NCBI GenBank assembly: GCA_964016885.1
Contig: OZ024743.1
Location: 65,100,001 to 65,164,000 of the forward strand
Reading direction: 5' to 3'
DNA: 64,000 nt
Source: Eledone cirrhosa
Taxonomy: Eukaryota
Within the stretch, counting starts at the first letter, position 1; the number at the start of each line of letters is the position of its first letter. The position numbers were made by a program, and so were the translations under genes. Under the pieces are notes generated by a model. It did no database searches. It had not been told where the DNA came from and saw only the letters and a list, made by a program, of their open reading frames with translations. Below, in pieces: positions 12,130-24,814 of this stretch.

Positions 12130-15100
12130 ACACAATGTAAGGGACATAACTCAATTGACTTAATTCTTAGTTACTTCCCTTGATTGCCATTGTTATTTTC
12201 AAGATAAATTACGAGACTAGTAATTCAGATTTGTCGCCAGTCCATTTACCCCTTAAAAAAGGCAAAAAGAAGAAATTCAGATTATGGAATGCCTCTTTGT
12301 TTCGGCCGCGGATGGCTAACATAACCCCCCCCCCCCCCCCCCCCCCCCTCCCCCACCTTTCCAACCCCCCAAACGCAATCCAAAACTTCAGATTTGGTAC
12401 CTTGAATGTAGGCACCTTAAAGGGTCGCTCTAACGAGGTTGTAGAAATGCTTGAACGTAAGGAGGTCGATGTTTGTTGTTTTCAAGAGACCAGGTGGAGG
12501 GGTGGATCTGCTAGATACATTGTGGGTAGAAAACAATGCTATAAGCTTTTCTGGGTGGGAAACGACAATGGGCTGGGTGGAGTAGGAATCATGGTAGCAG
12601 AAAAGTGGGCAGATAAGATAATAGACGTAAATAGAGTGAACGACAGAATAATTAAAATAAGACTTGTCCTCAATAGAACTACGGTGACAGTAATATCCGC
12701 GTACGCACCCCAATCCGGACTGCCCAGCACTATAAAAGACAGATTCTATGAGACACTGATGCTCACTACCTCCCAAATAACCGACAGTGACTATATAATT
12801 ATTGCAGGCGACCTAAACGGTCACATTGGACAACATTGTGACGGCTACGACGAAATCCATGGAGGCTATGGGTTTGGTACTAGAAATGAGGAAGGCTCCA
12901 GAATCCTGGAATTCTGCGACGCAAATAACCTAACTATCTGCAACACTAACTTCAAAAAACGAGACAATCACTTGATCACCTACAGATCAGGGGAACATAC
13001 TAGCCAGGTAGATTATATCCTTACCAGAAGACGTGACAAAGTGACTGTCGTAAACACTAAATCCCTCCCCCATGAAGAATGCACTTCCCAACATAGACTG
13101 ATAATTAGCGACCTAATAGTCAGGACGAGACGTACTAGACAACAGAAGAGGACTATCCTCAGGAGAAAAATATGGAAGCTAAAGGACCCCACAGCCAAAA
13201 ATAAATTCCAAAGCATATTACTTGATGCTTTCGACAGTGAGGAAGAGCAATTAGAGACGTACAAGGTAGAGGAACAGTGGGAATTCCTGAAAGCAAACCT
13301 GCTGACTGCGGCAGACGAAGTCTGTGGCTGGAGCAGGCCTGTAGGCAGGAGGAGAGTAACATGGTGGTGGAACAGTAAGGTGGAGGGGTCAATTAAGGCC
13401 AAAAAGCAGGCTTGGAAAGTATGGCGGGATGGGGGAAGCAGAGAAGACTATCAAGTGGCCAGGAGGGAAGCTAGGAGACAAGTGTACTTCGCAAGAAGGG
13501 AAGCAGAGGAAAGAAAGTTCAAGCATGTTCTACAACGTGAGGACCAAAAACGTGAGGTGTTCAGGATTGCTAGGCAATGTGTCAAGGAAAGCAGTGATAT
13601 TGTCGGGGAGAAGTGTGTACTTAACGATGACGGCATACTTGCCATCACCGACGCCGATAAGAAGGTAGCTTGGAAGTGTCACTATGAAAGGCTACTAAAT
13701 GAGGAGAATAAATGGGAGAAAGACAGTCTCCCCCACATCGACCCAATAGAGGGACCAGCAGTGTTAGTCGAGGGTAGTATAATAAGTAAGGCAATCAAAG
13801 ATATGAAGACAGGCAAGGCGGCTGGGCCTTCGGAAATAGTTGCCGAGATGCTGAAGGCATCTGGTACGGTGGGACACACCATGGTCACCCGGATAGTCAA
13901 CCAAGTCATACAGAATGGGGTTGTTCCGAAGGACTGGCGTAGCAGCATTATCGTTAACTGTTATAAGGGTAAAGGAGATGCCCTAGATAGGAGTAACTAT
14001 AGAGGCATTAAATTAATCGACCAGGTCATGAAGGTCACGGAAAAAGTAATAGCGCAACTAATCAGAGAGCGAATTGATCTAGATGAAATGCAGTTCTAGT
14101 TTGTGTCAGGAAAAAGTACCACAGACGCTCTTTTCATTGTACGACAACTACAGGAGAAGTACCTAGCTAAAAGTAAACCCCTATACTTAGCTTTCGTCGA
14201 CTTGGAGAAGGCCTTCGACAGAGTCCCCCGTTCCATTATCTGGTGGGCTCTTAGAAAACTAGGTGTTGATGAATGGCTTGTGAGAGCTATACAAGCCATG
14301 TATAAAGAAACAGTCAGCAAGGTTAGAATTAACAACGAATATAGTGAAGAGTTTAGTGTAAAAGTTGGTGTTCATCAGGGCTCTGTTCTTAGCCCCCTAC
14401 TATTTATTATTGCCCTCCAGGCTATAACAGTGGAGTTTAAGACCGGCTGCCCATGGGAACTCCTATACGCAGATGATCTAACGCTCATAGCTGAATCAAT
14501 GGCTGAGCTAGAGAAGAAATTCCAAACATGGAAGCACGGCCTAGAATCAAAAGGCCTTAAAATTAACCTGGCTAAGACTAAAGTTCTAGTTTGTAAGAAA
14601 GAAAATAAGGCGGCGGTCCACTCCGGGAAGTGGCCATGCGCAGAGTGTAGGAAAGGCGTAGGTAGAAATTCCATTTTGTGTCCCAAATGCAAAGTTTGGG
14701 TGCATAAAAGATGTAGTGGGATCACAGGTAAGCTAACTAAGAACATAGATTTTACATGTGGCCGGTGTTCTGGGGCAATAAGTAGCAGCAAGTGCCCACA
14801 AAATACTAGCTCTTTCAACTGCGCAGAGGGTTCTATAGAAATAGTGGACAGCTTCCGTTACCTGGGTGACAAAATCAGCAGTGGGGGAGGGTGCTCTGAA
14901 AGTACAGTAGCTAGAGTCAGAACTGGGTGGAAAAAGTTCAGAGAGCTTATACCACTATGAGCCGCTAAAGGGTTCTCCCTAAAAATGAAAGGCAGGCTGT
15001 ACGATGCCTGCATACGAACAGCAATGTTGCATGGCAGTGAGACCTGGGCATTGTGTGCAGAGGATATACGCAGACTAGAGAGAAACGAAGCTTGCATGCT

Positions 15101-15809
15101 CCGCTGGATGTGTAATAGTAATATACGTGAACGACAAAGCATAAACGAACTAAGGAAAAAATTAGAAATAAGAGGGATCAGATGTTGTTTACTAGAGAGA
15201 AGGCTACGTTGGTATGGTCACGTGATGCGCATGAAGGACGATAGCTGTATAACAAAGTGCAGGGCAATAAAGATAGACGGTAGCCACGGAATAGGCAGAC
15301 CCAGAAAAACCTGGGACGAGCTGATAAACTCCGACCTCACACACTTACACCTCACCAAGACAATGTCACTGGACCGAGACCTTTGGCGGTACTCAGTAAT
15401 AGAGAAGACTCGCCTTACCTAAATACAAAGTAAAACCTACTACAGTCAGTAGGCATCTCTAACAAAATACACCCCCGTCCCACCACCCTCACCCCATCCA
15501 CACCGCCCCCTTCTATGTAAAGTTATGTTGGTGCCACACCATCCAGGCCGAAACAAATGAGATCGTGTAGGTGTCACGACAAAAAAACACACAGTCCACG
15601 CTGTAATGTGGCCGTGTAGGCAACACGGTAAAAACCTCCCAGACCCACACTGTAAATGTGGTTGGTGTTAGGAAGGGCATCCAACTGTAGAAAACCTGCC
15701 AGACAGTCCTATGCGAGCAAGACAATCACTCTTGCCTCAAGTGGGAAAACCCCCATCCAAACCCATGCAAGCGTGGAACACGGACGTTAAACGTTGATGA
15801 TGATGATGA
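12130..15809 (+). mobile_element. RTE-clade LINE, near full length (copy 1)
   Basis: APE endonuclease + RT coding region, then a 3' UTR ending CCCATGCAAGCGTGGAACACGGACGTTAAACGTT(GAT)n. The 5' boundary is approximate. Confidence 0.95.
12312..15422 (+). pseudogene. RTE ORF (APE endonuclease, RT, PHD-like finger) with two in-frame stops
   Basis: Motifs GTLNVGTL, QETRW, GDLNGH, SQHRL, FVDLEKAFDRV, GVHQGSVLSPLLF, LLYADD. The three ORF pieces share one frame, with TAG at 14097 and TGA at 14958. Confidence 0.95.
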
Positions 15810-15822
15810 CACATAAATATAT

Positions 15823-15937
15823 CGGTGGCCTAGTGGGAGGTATTAGAGACGGTGGAGATCCAGACCTGGGGTTCAATCCTGGTTCTTATCATGTCGCTAC
15901 ACCACACCCATCCAGTGTTTACACTAAGGGGCCTTAC
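15823..15937 (+). mobile_element. Short tRNA-derived (Pol III) SINE-like fragment
   Basis: TGGCCTAGTGG (A box) and GGTTCAATCC (B box), followed by (TA)n. Confidence 0.45.
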
Positions 15938-16322
15938 TATATATATATATATATAATTCTATTGTATCTCTCTCAGTTCCTACTCCCCCCCCCCTCCTCT
16001 CTATGCATCTCTTTAAGGTTTACTACCCTGTCTTTAACCTATTCAACCTAATTCATTCAATCTGAAATATTGAAGAGATAAGACACTTTCCCATTCTTCT
16101 CTGCTAAAATGTATCACTAGGGTTGATTCCAATTGTCCAGCCATCCATCCATTCTCACTAATCTCCGAAGGTATTTTAGCCTACATATTGTTGTTAATAT
16201 TATGATGTTCCCTGCTGTATTAGCGATAAATTTTCGAGGGTTTCTCTTAGTAGTTTTCATGACGTTATTATTGTTAATTTTACTGATGTAGTATTAACTT
16301 GGATATTTACCATGCGGTATTC

Positions 16323-19300
16323 TAATTCTATTGTATCTCTCTCAGTTATTTACCATGCGACCCTCAGTTCCTACCTCACAAGCTCCCTCCCCCCCACCCC
16401 CACACACCACCATAGTCTATTCGACCAATCAAACCTAGCATGCCATTTCCACTGCTGCTGCTACTACCTGCCTAACTAACTCTCTCCTCCTCTGGCGCAT
16501 CCCAACACACCCTGCCATTACCCCACCACCACTGTTCTTCTAGCCCTCAATTTTCCCACCATTATGGATGGATGAGCTGAGAATACATTTGAGCAACTCT
16601 GAATCAATAGATGAAATATGAATCTGCGAGCTACCAAGCACCCACGTGAAGCGCCAACCCAGAGACCCTCCCCTACGAGTGTCGACAAATGCCCAAAACT
16701 CCGAGTTGGTACCATCAATGTTGGCTCAATGAAAGGAAGAGCAGGAGAAATCGTAGAAATGCTAGAGCGAAAGGAAGTTGATGTATGCTGTGTGCAAGAG
16801 ACTAGATGGAGAGGAGGGTCTGCTAGAGTCCTTGTAGGAAAAAGCCAGTGCTACAAATTTTTCTGGGTGGGAAATGACGATGGGATGGGTGGTGTAGGTG
16901 TACTACTAGCTGACAAGTGGGTAGATAAAGTAATCTCAGTGTACAGGGTAAATGCAAGAATCATTAAACTCAGACTAGTCCTGAATAAGACAATTACCAC
17001 AATAATATCAGCTTACGCACCCCAATCGGGGCTGCCAGACGAACTTAAGGATAGGTTTTACGAGTCCCTAATACACACAACTGCTCTAACAGACGACAAG
17101 GACTTCCTAATCATTGCAGGAGATTTTAACAGACACGTAGGTAAACACTGCGACGGCTTCAATAGAGTACATGGAGGCCATGGAGTTGGCACAAGGAATG
17201 AGGAAGGATTCAGACTTCTAGAATTCTGCGACGCCAATGACATGTCGATATGTAACACAAACTTTAAAAAACCTGACAACCACCTGATCACCTATAGATC
17301 AGGAGAGCACTCTAGTCAGTTAGATTTTATCCTCATCAGAGGACGTGACAGATGGACGGTCGTAAACACAAAAGCCTTCCCTAGTGAGGAATGTACATCC
17401 CAACATAGCTTAGTTGTCAGCGACCTCACGGTCAGAACTAGACGAGCCCTGAAACAGAGGCCAACCTGGAGAAGAAAGATCTGGAAGCTGAAAGTCTCCT
17501 CAACCAGTAACAGATTTAAAGATATTTTACTCAACGCCTACGACAGTAAAGAAGAACAGATAGAGACATTTAACGTAGAAGAGAACTGGGAGTTCCTAAA
17601 AAAATAACTTACTAGAGGCGACGGATGAGGTTTGTGGCTGGAGTAAGACCTCAAGCAGGAGGAGAGTGACTTGGTGGTGGAACAATAAGGTAGATGAAGC
17701 AGTCAAGGCCAAGAGACAGGCATGGAAAGAATGGAAGAACGGGGGGAGCAGGGTACATTACATAGAGACCAAGAGGGAAGCTAGGCGACAAGTATACTTA
17801 GCTAGGAGGGAAGCAGAGGATAGAAAATTCAAGCATGTTTTACAACGTGAGGACCAGAAACAGGAGGTATTCAAGATTGCGAGGCAGTGTGTCAGAGATA
17901 GTTGTGATGTCATTGGAGAGAAGTGTATCCGGAATGATAAAGGTGAGCTTGCCCTCACAAGTGCTGAGAAGAAAGATGCATGGAAGAGTCATTATGATAG
18001 ATTACTAAATGAGGAGAATGCATGGGAAGAAGAGACCCTACCCCAGGTAGACCCTATAGAGGGACCAGCAGTACAAGTCAGCGGCAGCGTAGTAAGTAAG
18101 GCAATCAGAGATATGAAGATGGGGAAGGCAACCGGTCCATCGGGTATAGCTGCCGAGATGCTGAAGGCATCTGGGTCTGTAGGTCACACTATAACCACAC
18201 GTATCGTTAACCAGGTAATACTAGAAGGGGCCATACCAAAAGATTGGTGCAGTAGCATCATTGTCAACTGCTACAAAGGTAAAGGCGATGCACTAGATAG
18301 AGGAAACTATAGAGGTATAAAGTTGATGGACCAGGTCATGAAAGTAACAGAAAGAGTTATAGCACAGTTGATTAGGGACCGGGTGAATATAGACGAGATG
18401 CAATTTGGGTTTGTACCAGGGAGAGGCACCACTGATGCCCTCTTCCTTGTGAGGCAATTACAGGAAAAGTACCTAGCTAAAAGTAAGCCACTCTACTTGG
18501 CATTTGTCGACCTTGAGAAAGCCTTTGACAGAGTTCCACGTGCAGTAATCTGGTGGGCTCTTAGAAAACTAGGAGTAGATGAATGGCTTGTGAAAGCGGT
18601 ACAAGCCATGTATAGGGGAGCAGTCAGCAAAGTTAGGATTAGCAATGAGTATAGCGAGGAATTTAGCGTACAGGTTGGGGTCCACCAGGGCTCTGTTCTT
18701 AGCCCTCTCCTGTTCATCATAGTCCTGCAGGCAATAACGGAGGAGTTTAAGACCGGATGCCCATGGGAACTCCTGTATGCTGATGACCTCGCACTCATAG
18801 CTGAATCTATGGTAGAACTAGAGAATAAATTCCAAACCTGGAAGCAGGGACTAGAGAGAAAGGGCCTCAAAGTCAACATGACAAAGACTAAGGTCCTTGT
18901 AAGTAGACGAAAAAACAGAACCCAGATCCCCTCAGGGAAATGGCCTTGCTCAGTATGTAGGAAAGGTGTAGGTAGGAACTCCATTCTCTGCCCCAAATGC
19001 AAACAATGGGTACACAAGAGATGTAGCGGGATCTCAGGAAGCTTAATTAAGAATGTAGGATTCACATGCAGCAGCTGTGCTGAAACAGCAAGCAAACAGC
19101 CACAGGAAACAAGTACCACCAATCTCTGGGAGGGCCCTGTAGAAACAGTAGACAGCTTCTGCTACCTAGGTGACCGAATTAGCAACGGAGGTGGGTGCTC
19201 AGAAAGTACAATAACTAGGGTAAGAACGGGATGGAAGAAGTTTAGGGAACTACTACCACTGCTAACTGCAAAAGGCTTCTCCCTCAGAATGAAAGGCAGA

Positions 19301-20033
19301 CTGTATGATGCGTGTATCCGAACAGCGATGTTGCATGGTAGTGAGACCTGGGCGCTGAAGGTGGAAGACTTACGTAGATTAGAGAGAAACGAAGCCTGCA
19401 TGCTCCGATGGATGTGTAACAGTAATATACGTGAACGACAAAGCATAAAGGAATTGAGAGAGAGACTGAGCATAAGAGGAATCAAATGCTGCGTGCAGGA
19501 GAGGCGGTTACGCTGGTATGGACATGTGATGCGTATGAAGGATGACAGCTGCATAAAAAGGTGCAGAGCACTAGAAGTTGATGGAAACCGCGGAGTGGGG
19601 AGACCCAAGATGACTTGGGATGAGGTGATAAAAGCCGACCTTACCCAACTACACCTCTCAAAGACAATGACACACGACCGTGACTTCTGGCGTCACGCAG
19701 TAATACAGGGTACCCGACCTCCCATGGGTACATGCTGAAGCATATAAACAGTATGCCCCCACTCCCCCCACCGCAAAGTGGTCGTGGAGGTGCCATGGCA
19801 AAAAAGCACCCAGCCCACACTGTAAAGTGGACGTGTAGGCGCCACGAAAAAGCACCCAGCACTCACTGTAAATGAGGTTGGTGTTAGGAAGGGCATCCAG
19901 CTGTAGAAATCAAGCCAGATCAGTTCCTGTATGAGCAAGGCATGGTCAGCCGACCAGACACTGCCCACAACAGGACAACCCGTCTAACCCATGCTAGCGT
20001 GGAAGAACGGACGTAAAACGGTGATGATGATGA
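16323..20033 (+). mobile_element. RTE-clade LINE, near full length (copy 2, different subfamily)
   Basis: APE + RT coding region. 3' UTR has ~46-48 bp repeats and ends CCCATGCTAGCGTGGAAGAACGGACGTAAAACG(GAT)n(TA)n. The 5' boundary is approximate. Confidence 0.95.
16618..19738 (+). pseudogene. RTE ORF with a single frameshift in an A-run near 17600
   Basis: ORF 16618-17607 (APE) and ORF 17666-19738 (RT, YADD, PHD-like) join across CTAAAAAAATAAC. No other stops. Confidence 0.95.
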
Positions 20034-20125
20034 TATATATATATATATTTGGATCCTTGTTTTAAGAGTGTCTTGCCAAAAATGCTAATATTCTCTTATT
20101 ATTTCATTAATAATTAATTATGACC

Positions 20126-20254
20126 CTTTATGGTCTGAGTTCAAATCCTGCCGAGGTTAATTTTGCCTTTCATCCTTACGGAGTCAATAAAACAAAGTAC
20201 CAGTAATGTACTGAACCAATTGCTGGCCTCGTGCCAAAAGTAGAAACAATTATT
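20126..20254 (+). mobile_element. Truncated copy of the SINE at 10582
   Basis: Direct similarity to 10641-10768. Confidence 0.75.
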
Positions 20255-20509
20255 TCATTAATATATTTGTTGGTGTATCCAGTTTTTCTACTCACCGTAT
20301 CCCTGTTTATCATAAGATGCAACTAAAAGCATTACTGTCAGGAAAGCATCCCACTGTAAAACATTGCTTCAAAATATCTAACCCATGCCAGTATGGAAAA
20401 AATCAATGTAAAACCGATAATCATGATTAATATATATATTATTATTATGACGATATTATATATGGGTATATTATATATGTGTGTGTGTGCCTATATATAA
20501 AAGATTGTG

Positions 20510-20805
20510 TTGGTGACATGACAAAAAGCACCCAGCCCATACTGTAAAATGGTCATGTAGGAGTCAAAACAAAAAACACTTAGCCCAAACTGTAAAGTGG
20601 TCATGTACGTGTCATGACAAAAAGCACCCAGTACTCATTGTAAATGTGGGTGGCGTTAGGAAGGGCATCCAGCTGTAGAAACCAAGCTTGAGCCAGTTCT
20701 GTATAGGCAATATATGTTAACCTGATCTGACTTGTCTCATAATGGGATAACTTGTCTAACCCATGCTAGCATGGAAAAATGAACGTTAAACTATGATGAT
20801 GATGA
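20510..20805 (+). mobile_element. RTE 3' UTR fragment or non-autonomous derivative
   Basis: Three AAAAAGCACCCAGCCCA.ACTGTAAA units, GGCGTTAGGAAGGGCATCCAGCTGTAGAAA and a (GAT)n tail. Confidence 0.85.
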
Positions 20806-20816
20806 TATATATATAC

Positions 20817-20861
<45 letters not shown>

Positions 20862-21288
20862 TCCAAGTAATCAGTGTTGGTTGATCAAGCAATCAACTGA
20901 CTATGGTGTAATCAGATGTAAACAATCCACGATGTGGATACCATAAGGTATTACTTATATGGTATCAGGTGGAGTGTCAGTATTATAGAAGAGAGACTGT
21001 ATCATGTATACATCTTCAGTTTATTACATCATGCTGTTATGTACATTTCAAAGTCATCAGAGTTGTTGTGTAACAATTATTTGATCTGTTGTCATCAGAC
21101 AGGTGTACTGTTATTTTGTTTTTGTTTTTGATATGCTTGCCATAGTATGAAAGGAAATAAAACAAGGAAACTCAAATTTCCTATACTTGGCCAACAGGGA
21201 GAAGTGTTGATAATGATGATAATAATGTTAACTTTTTTGGGGAATCATTGACAATAGCTATCAAAATAAGAAAACGAAAATATTTGGT

Positions 21289-21472
21289 TTGACTCACCAA
21301 ATTTATTGACATACTCTGCACACACACACACCCACACAAAGTGATGAGGGAACTCTAACCCTCACCCTAACCTTAATCCTAATGACAAGGGAACTCTAAC
21401 CCTAGCCCTAACAATAACCTTCACCCTAACCCTGATATAACACATTACTTATGCAAAGAATCTGGTGAATCG
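21289..21472. repeat. Small inverted-repeat-bounded element with degenerate CCCTAA repeats
   Basis: GACTCACCAAATTT and GAATCTGGTGAATC form an imperfect inverted repeat around CTAACCCTCACCCTAACCTTAATCCTAA. Confidence 0.45.
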
Positions 21473-21584
21473 GATGAGGTATTTCCCATTTATTTTGAGA
21501 GCCATTATTAAGGGTCTTCCCACCTCTCATCCTTTGTTTTTTTCTAAACTTTTTATTTATCTATGTATTTATTTTTGTATCTAG

Positions 21585-21640
21585 GTAATTTTGGTGACCG
21601 ATATTTTGGTACAAACAGCTCAGCCATGGTTTCAGCCTAA
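21585..21640 (+). CDS. UCKL1: Last coding exon of UCKL1
   Basis: Acceptor tatttttgtatctAG at 21584, phase 1, in frame with the previous exon. Gives (G)NFGDRYFGTNSSAMVSA*, the conserved GNFGDRYFGT end of UCKL1/UPRTase. Confidence 0.93.
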
Positions 21641-21849
21641 TCTGCCAAAGAAATGTGAGAAAAAACAGAAGCAACAAAAAATCTTCTTTTCGGATGGTAC
21701 TACATATTGCATGGATACAATGCAAATTCTTAAACTTATTTGGTATTTTACATAATAATTTGACAGTACATGGTTGCCTTGTTAAGAAAAATTGCACAAT
21801 ATAAGAACTGAATGAAGTCTTTGAAAGAACCAGAATGGTTTATGTAATG

Positions 21850-21908
<59 letters not shown>

Positions 21909-22049
21909 GTGTGTGTGTATAATTTTGGATCTTCCATAATTTTTGATGATCAGTGTTCTGCTGTTTGGTCAGCTGAGCTGTTTATTCATTGAATTAGTGT
22001 GTAAGTGACTGGGTATTCTATAGAGTTAAGGTGTGTGGTTTAGTGGTCA

Positions 22050-22340
22050 TGGAGACATGTGGCCTAGTGGTAAGGGTGTTGGACATATGATCATAATGCT
22101 GTGGGTTCGATTCCTGTACTGAGTTGTGTGTTGTGTTCTTGAGCAAAACACTTCATTTCACATTGCTCCAGTATACTCAGCTGCAAATGAGTACCAGCAG
22201 CAATAGCTGGAGATTTAACCCTGTGATGGACTGGTGTCCTGTCCAGGGGGAAGTCTTGTACGCTTAGTCACTTCATGCCATAAAACTGGGATAAACACTG
22301 GTCTGATGAGCCTCCTAGCTTGAGACAGACTTTAGACTAG
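22050..22340 (+). mobile_element. tRNA/CORE SINE
   Basis: A box TGGCCTAGTGG, B box GGTTCGATTCC and CORE-like TTCTTGAGCAAAACACTTCATTTCACATTGCTCCAGT. Confidence 0.8.
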
Positions 22341-22660
22341 ACTTAGTGGTTAGCACATTAGGCTCACAATTATGAGGCTGTTAGTTTGATTCACAGATCA
22401 GGTGGGACATTGTTTCCTTGGGCAAGACACTTTATTTATGATGCTCCAGTTTACTCAGCTATTGCAATGAGTTGTGATGTCTCTGGTGTTAAAACTGCAT
22501 CAGCCTTTGCCTTTTCCTCGGACAATATCGGTGGCGTGGAGAGGGGAGACTGATATGCCTTGGTAACTGCTGGTCATCTGCAAAAGCACTTTGCCCAGGC
22601 TTGTGTCTCAGAGAACTTTTTAGGTACAAAAGACATGGTTATTTGTGACTGAAGGGGGCC
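22341..22660 (+). mobile_element. tRNA/CORE SINE with a different 3' body
   Basis: TTAGTGGTTAGCAC head and TTCCTTGGGCAAGACACTTTATT...GCTCCAGTTTACTCAGCT CORE-like block. Confidence 0.7.
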
Positions 22661-22944
22661 TATAATTCTATAGATATGTGTGCTCTTAACAGAATTCTCA
22701 GGCAGAATTGATGTGACAAGTCTGGCTTTTTGAATGTGTCTGAGTATTCCATGACATGTGTGCTCTTAACAGAATTGTCAGGTAGAATCATTGTAACTTG
22801 GCTGGCTAGTGGAACTGGCAGTTCTGGCATGATAGAACTGAGGATCCTAATCATTAAAACATCCAAGAAACCTATGATTTGTAACTTTATAGAAGGTCAG
22901 CTAAACCAACTTACAGACTTGAGCTGTAACAATAGCAAGTCATG

Positions 22945-23230
22945 ACATGGTCAAATGGCGAAGAAGTCTGATTTACAATCATGAGGTCATGGGTTTAATC
23001 ACACTGTATGGCATCTTGAGCAAGTGTTTTCAGTATAGCAGCATCAGGCTAACCCCTAAGCCTTTTCAGTGAAATTTGGTAGATGAAAACTAGTGGACTA
23101 TACTACTATACTACTTATAAGTGAAAGACTCAGCCTTGACACTCATTGTGTCATGCTGATTCTACCTAAGGATTACTTTAAAGGTGGAATACTCAGCCAG
23201 CTACACGGTAAATGAATAAATGAATTTGTA
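22945..23230 (+). mobile_element. Degenerate SINE
   Basis: Decayed tRNA head (TGGTCAAATGG...GGGTTTAATC) followed by TCTTGAGCAAGTGTTT. Confidence 0.45.
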
Positions 23231-23302
23231 GTCCAGTTGATAAAACAACAGAGTACTTATAAAAAACTTATCCAAATCCATTTACTCTTTGATATATATT
23301 TA

Positions 23303-24430
23303 TCAGGTCATTAAGTATGAAATATCCGAGTTTGAATTGAAAGTTTAGTTTATTTTATCTCAAAAAAGAAGCAGTGCAATTAATCAAAGTATGCAGCAAA
23401 ACTATCAACACAGTTTTGCCATCTTAACGGTAATTTGTTTATGTTGGCAGCAAAGAAGCCCGGAGGGTGAGAGGCAATGAAATCGCGAAAGACTGTTTTC
23501 ACAGCTTCTTGAGAATTGAATGTTTTTCCTTGCAAGAAGTGGTCCAATGCCTGGAAGATGTGATATTCAGTTGGTGCAAAGTCTGGTGAATATTATGGGG
23601 GACAGAGAGTTTCTAAGTCCAGCTCCTGTAATTTGAGCAGCGTTGTCTTGCAAGAGGATTGGCCTGTCTCTATTGACCAACCTCGGCTGTTTAATTGCAA
23701 GCTTCCTAATCATTTTGTCCAATTTGTTGCAGCATACATCTGCTGTAATCGATTGACCAGGTGTCACAAAGCTGTAGTGGATGATTCTAGTGCTGGATCA
23801 CCAAACAGACACCATTAGCTTTTTTTTGTGAATATTCTGTTTTGGACTGTTTCGGCACTTCATCTTTATCCAGCCATCATTCAATTCATGTGGAACCCAT
23901 TAGTCCAACTTCTTTACCTTGCCGATTTGTTTCAAATGGATCAATATTGTTGGAATAGTAATGTCAAACCTTGCCGCTAGTTCACGTGTAGTTTGAGATA
24001 TATCTGCTTCCACTACAGTTTTCAGCTCATCATTATCCACCTTGGTCACAGCTCTCCCACGTGGCTTACTTTAACTTAGATTAAAGTCGCCAGAACGGAA
24101 CTTCTCAAACCATTGACGTACTGTGCGTTCATCAGCCACATCCTCGCCAAACACCTAGTTGATGTTTCAAGCTGTTGTGATGCATTGGTTCCACGATGAA
24201 ATTCATATTAAAAAACAACACAAATTTTTGACATATCCATGGGTTCACAAAAATTGATCTGAAACAAACAATTCATAAGACAATCACAAACTAAAACAGT
24301 GCATTTGAAAAACTGATGAGGTACCTGCACAATAAAACAAAACCAAGAACTCTTGAGGTGAAATGTTAGAGATAGTGGCTCTGAAACTTAGGGCTTAAGG
24401 AAATCAGACATTTCATACTTAATAACCTAA
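23303..24430 (-). mobile_element. Degenerate mariner (Tc1/mariner) transposon with internal deletion
   Basis: TIRs TCAGGTCATTAAGTATGAAATATCCGA and TCAGACATTTCATACTTAATAACCTAA, with TA on the left. Transposase remnants PGQSITAD, PILLQDNA and YSPDFAPTEYHIF. Confidence 0.92.
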
Positions 24431-24814
24431 TGTATATGTGTGTGTGTGTATTATATATATATATATATGTATGTATATATATATATATATATATATATTT
24501 GGGGCAGTATGTAATGAATATATGTATCTATATATATGTCAATAAATGTCAGCAGTCAAACCTATGCCAGTATGGAAAAAAAGACGTTAAGTGATGATGA
24601 TGATGATATATATATATATCATCATCATCGTTTAACGTCTATCTTCCATGCTAGCGTGGAAGATAGACGTTAAACGATGATGAGGATCATGATGATGATA
24701 TATATATATACATATATATACATGTATATATATATGTATTATATATATATATATGTATATATATGTGTGTGTGTGTGTGTGTGTATTTTTGTGTGTGCAT
24801 ATGAATATACACAC

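Noticed and set aside
12209-19968. Antisense ORFs over the RTE coding regions
   Set aside because: Shadow frames of the RT ORF with no recognisable motifs.
22301-22335. CTGATGAG as a hammerhead core
   Set aside because: No GAAA or stems I/III follow; it is part of a SINE tail.
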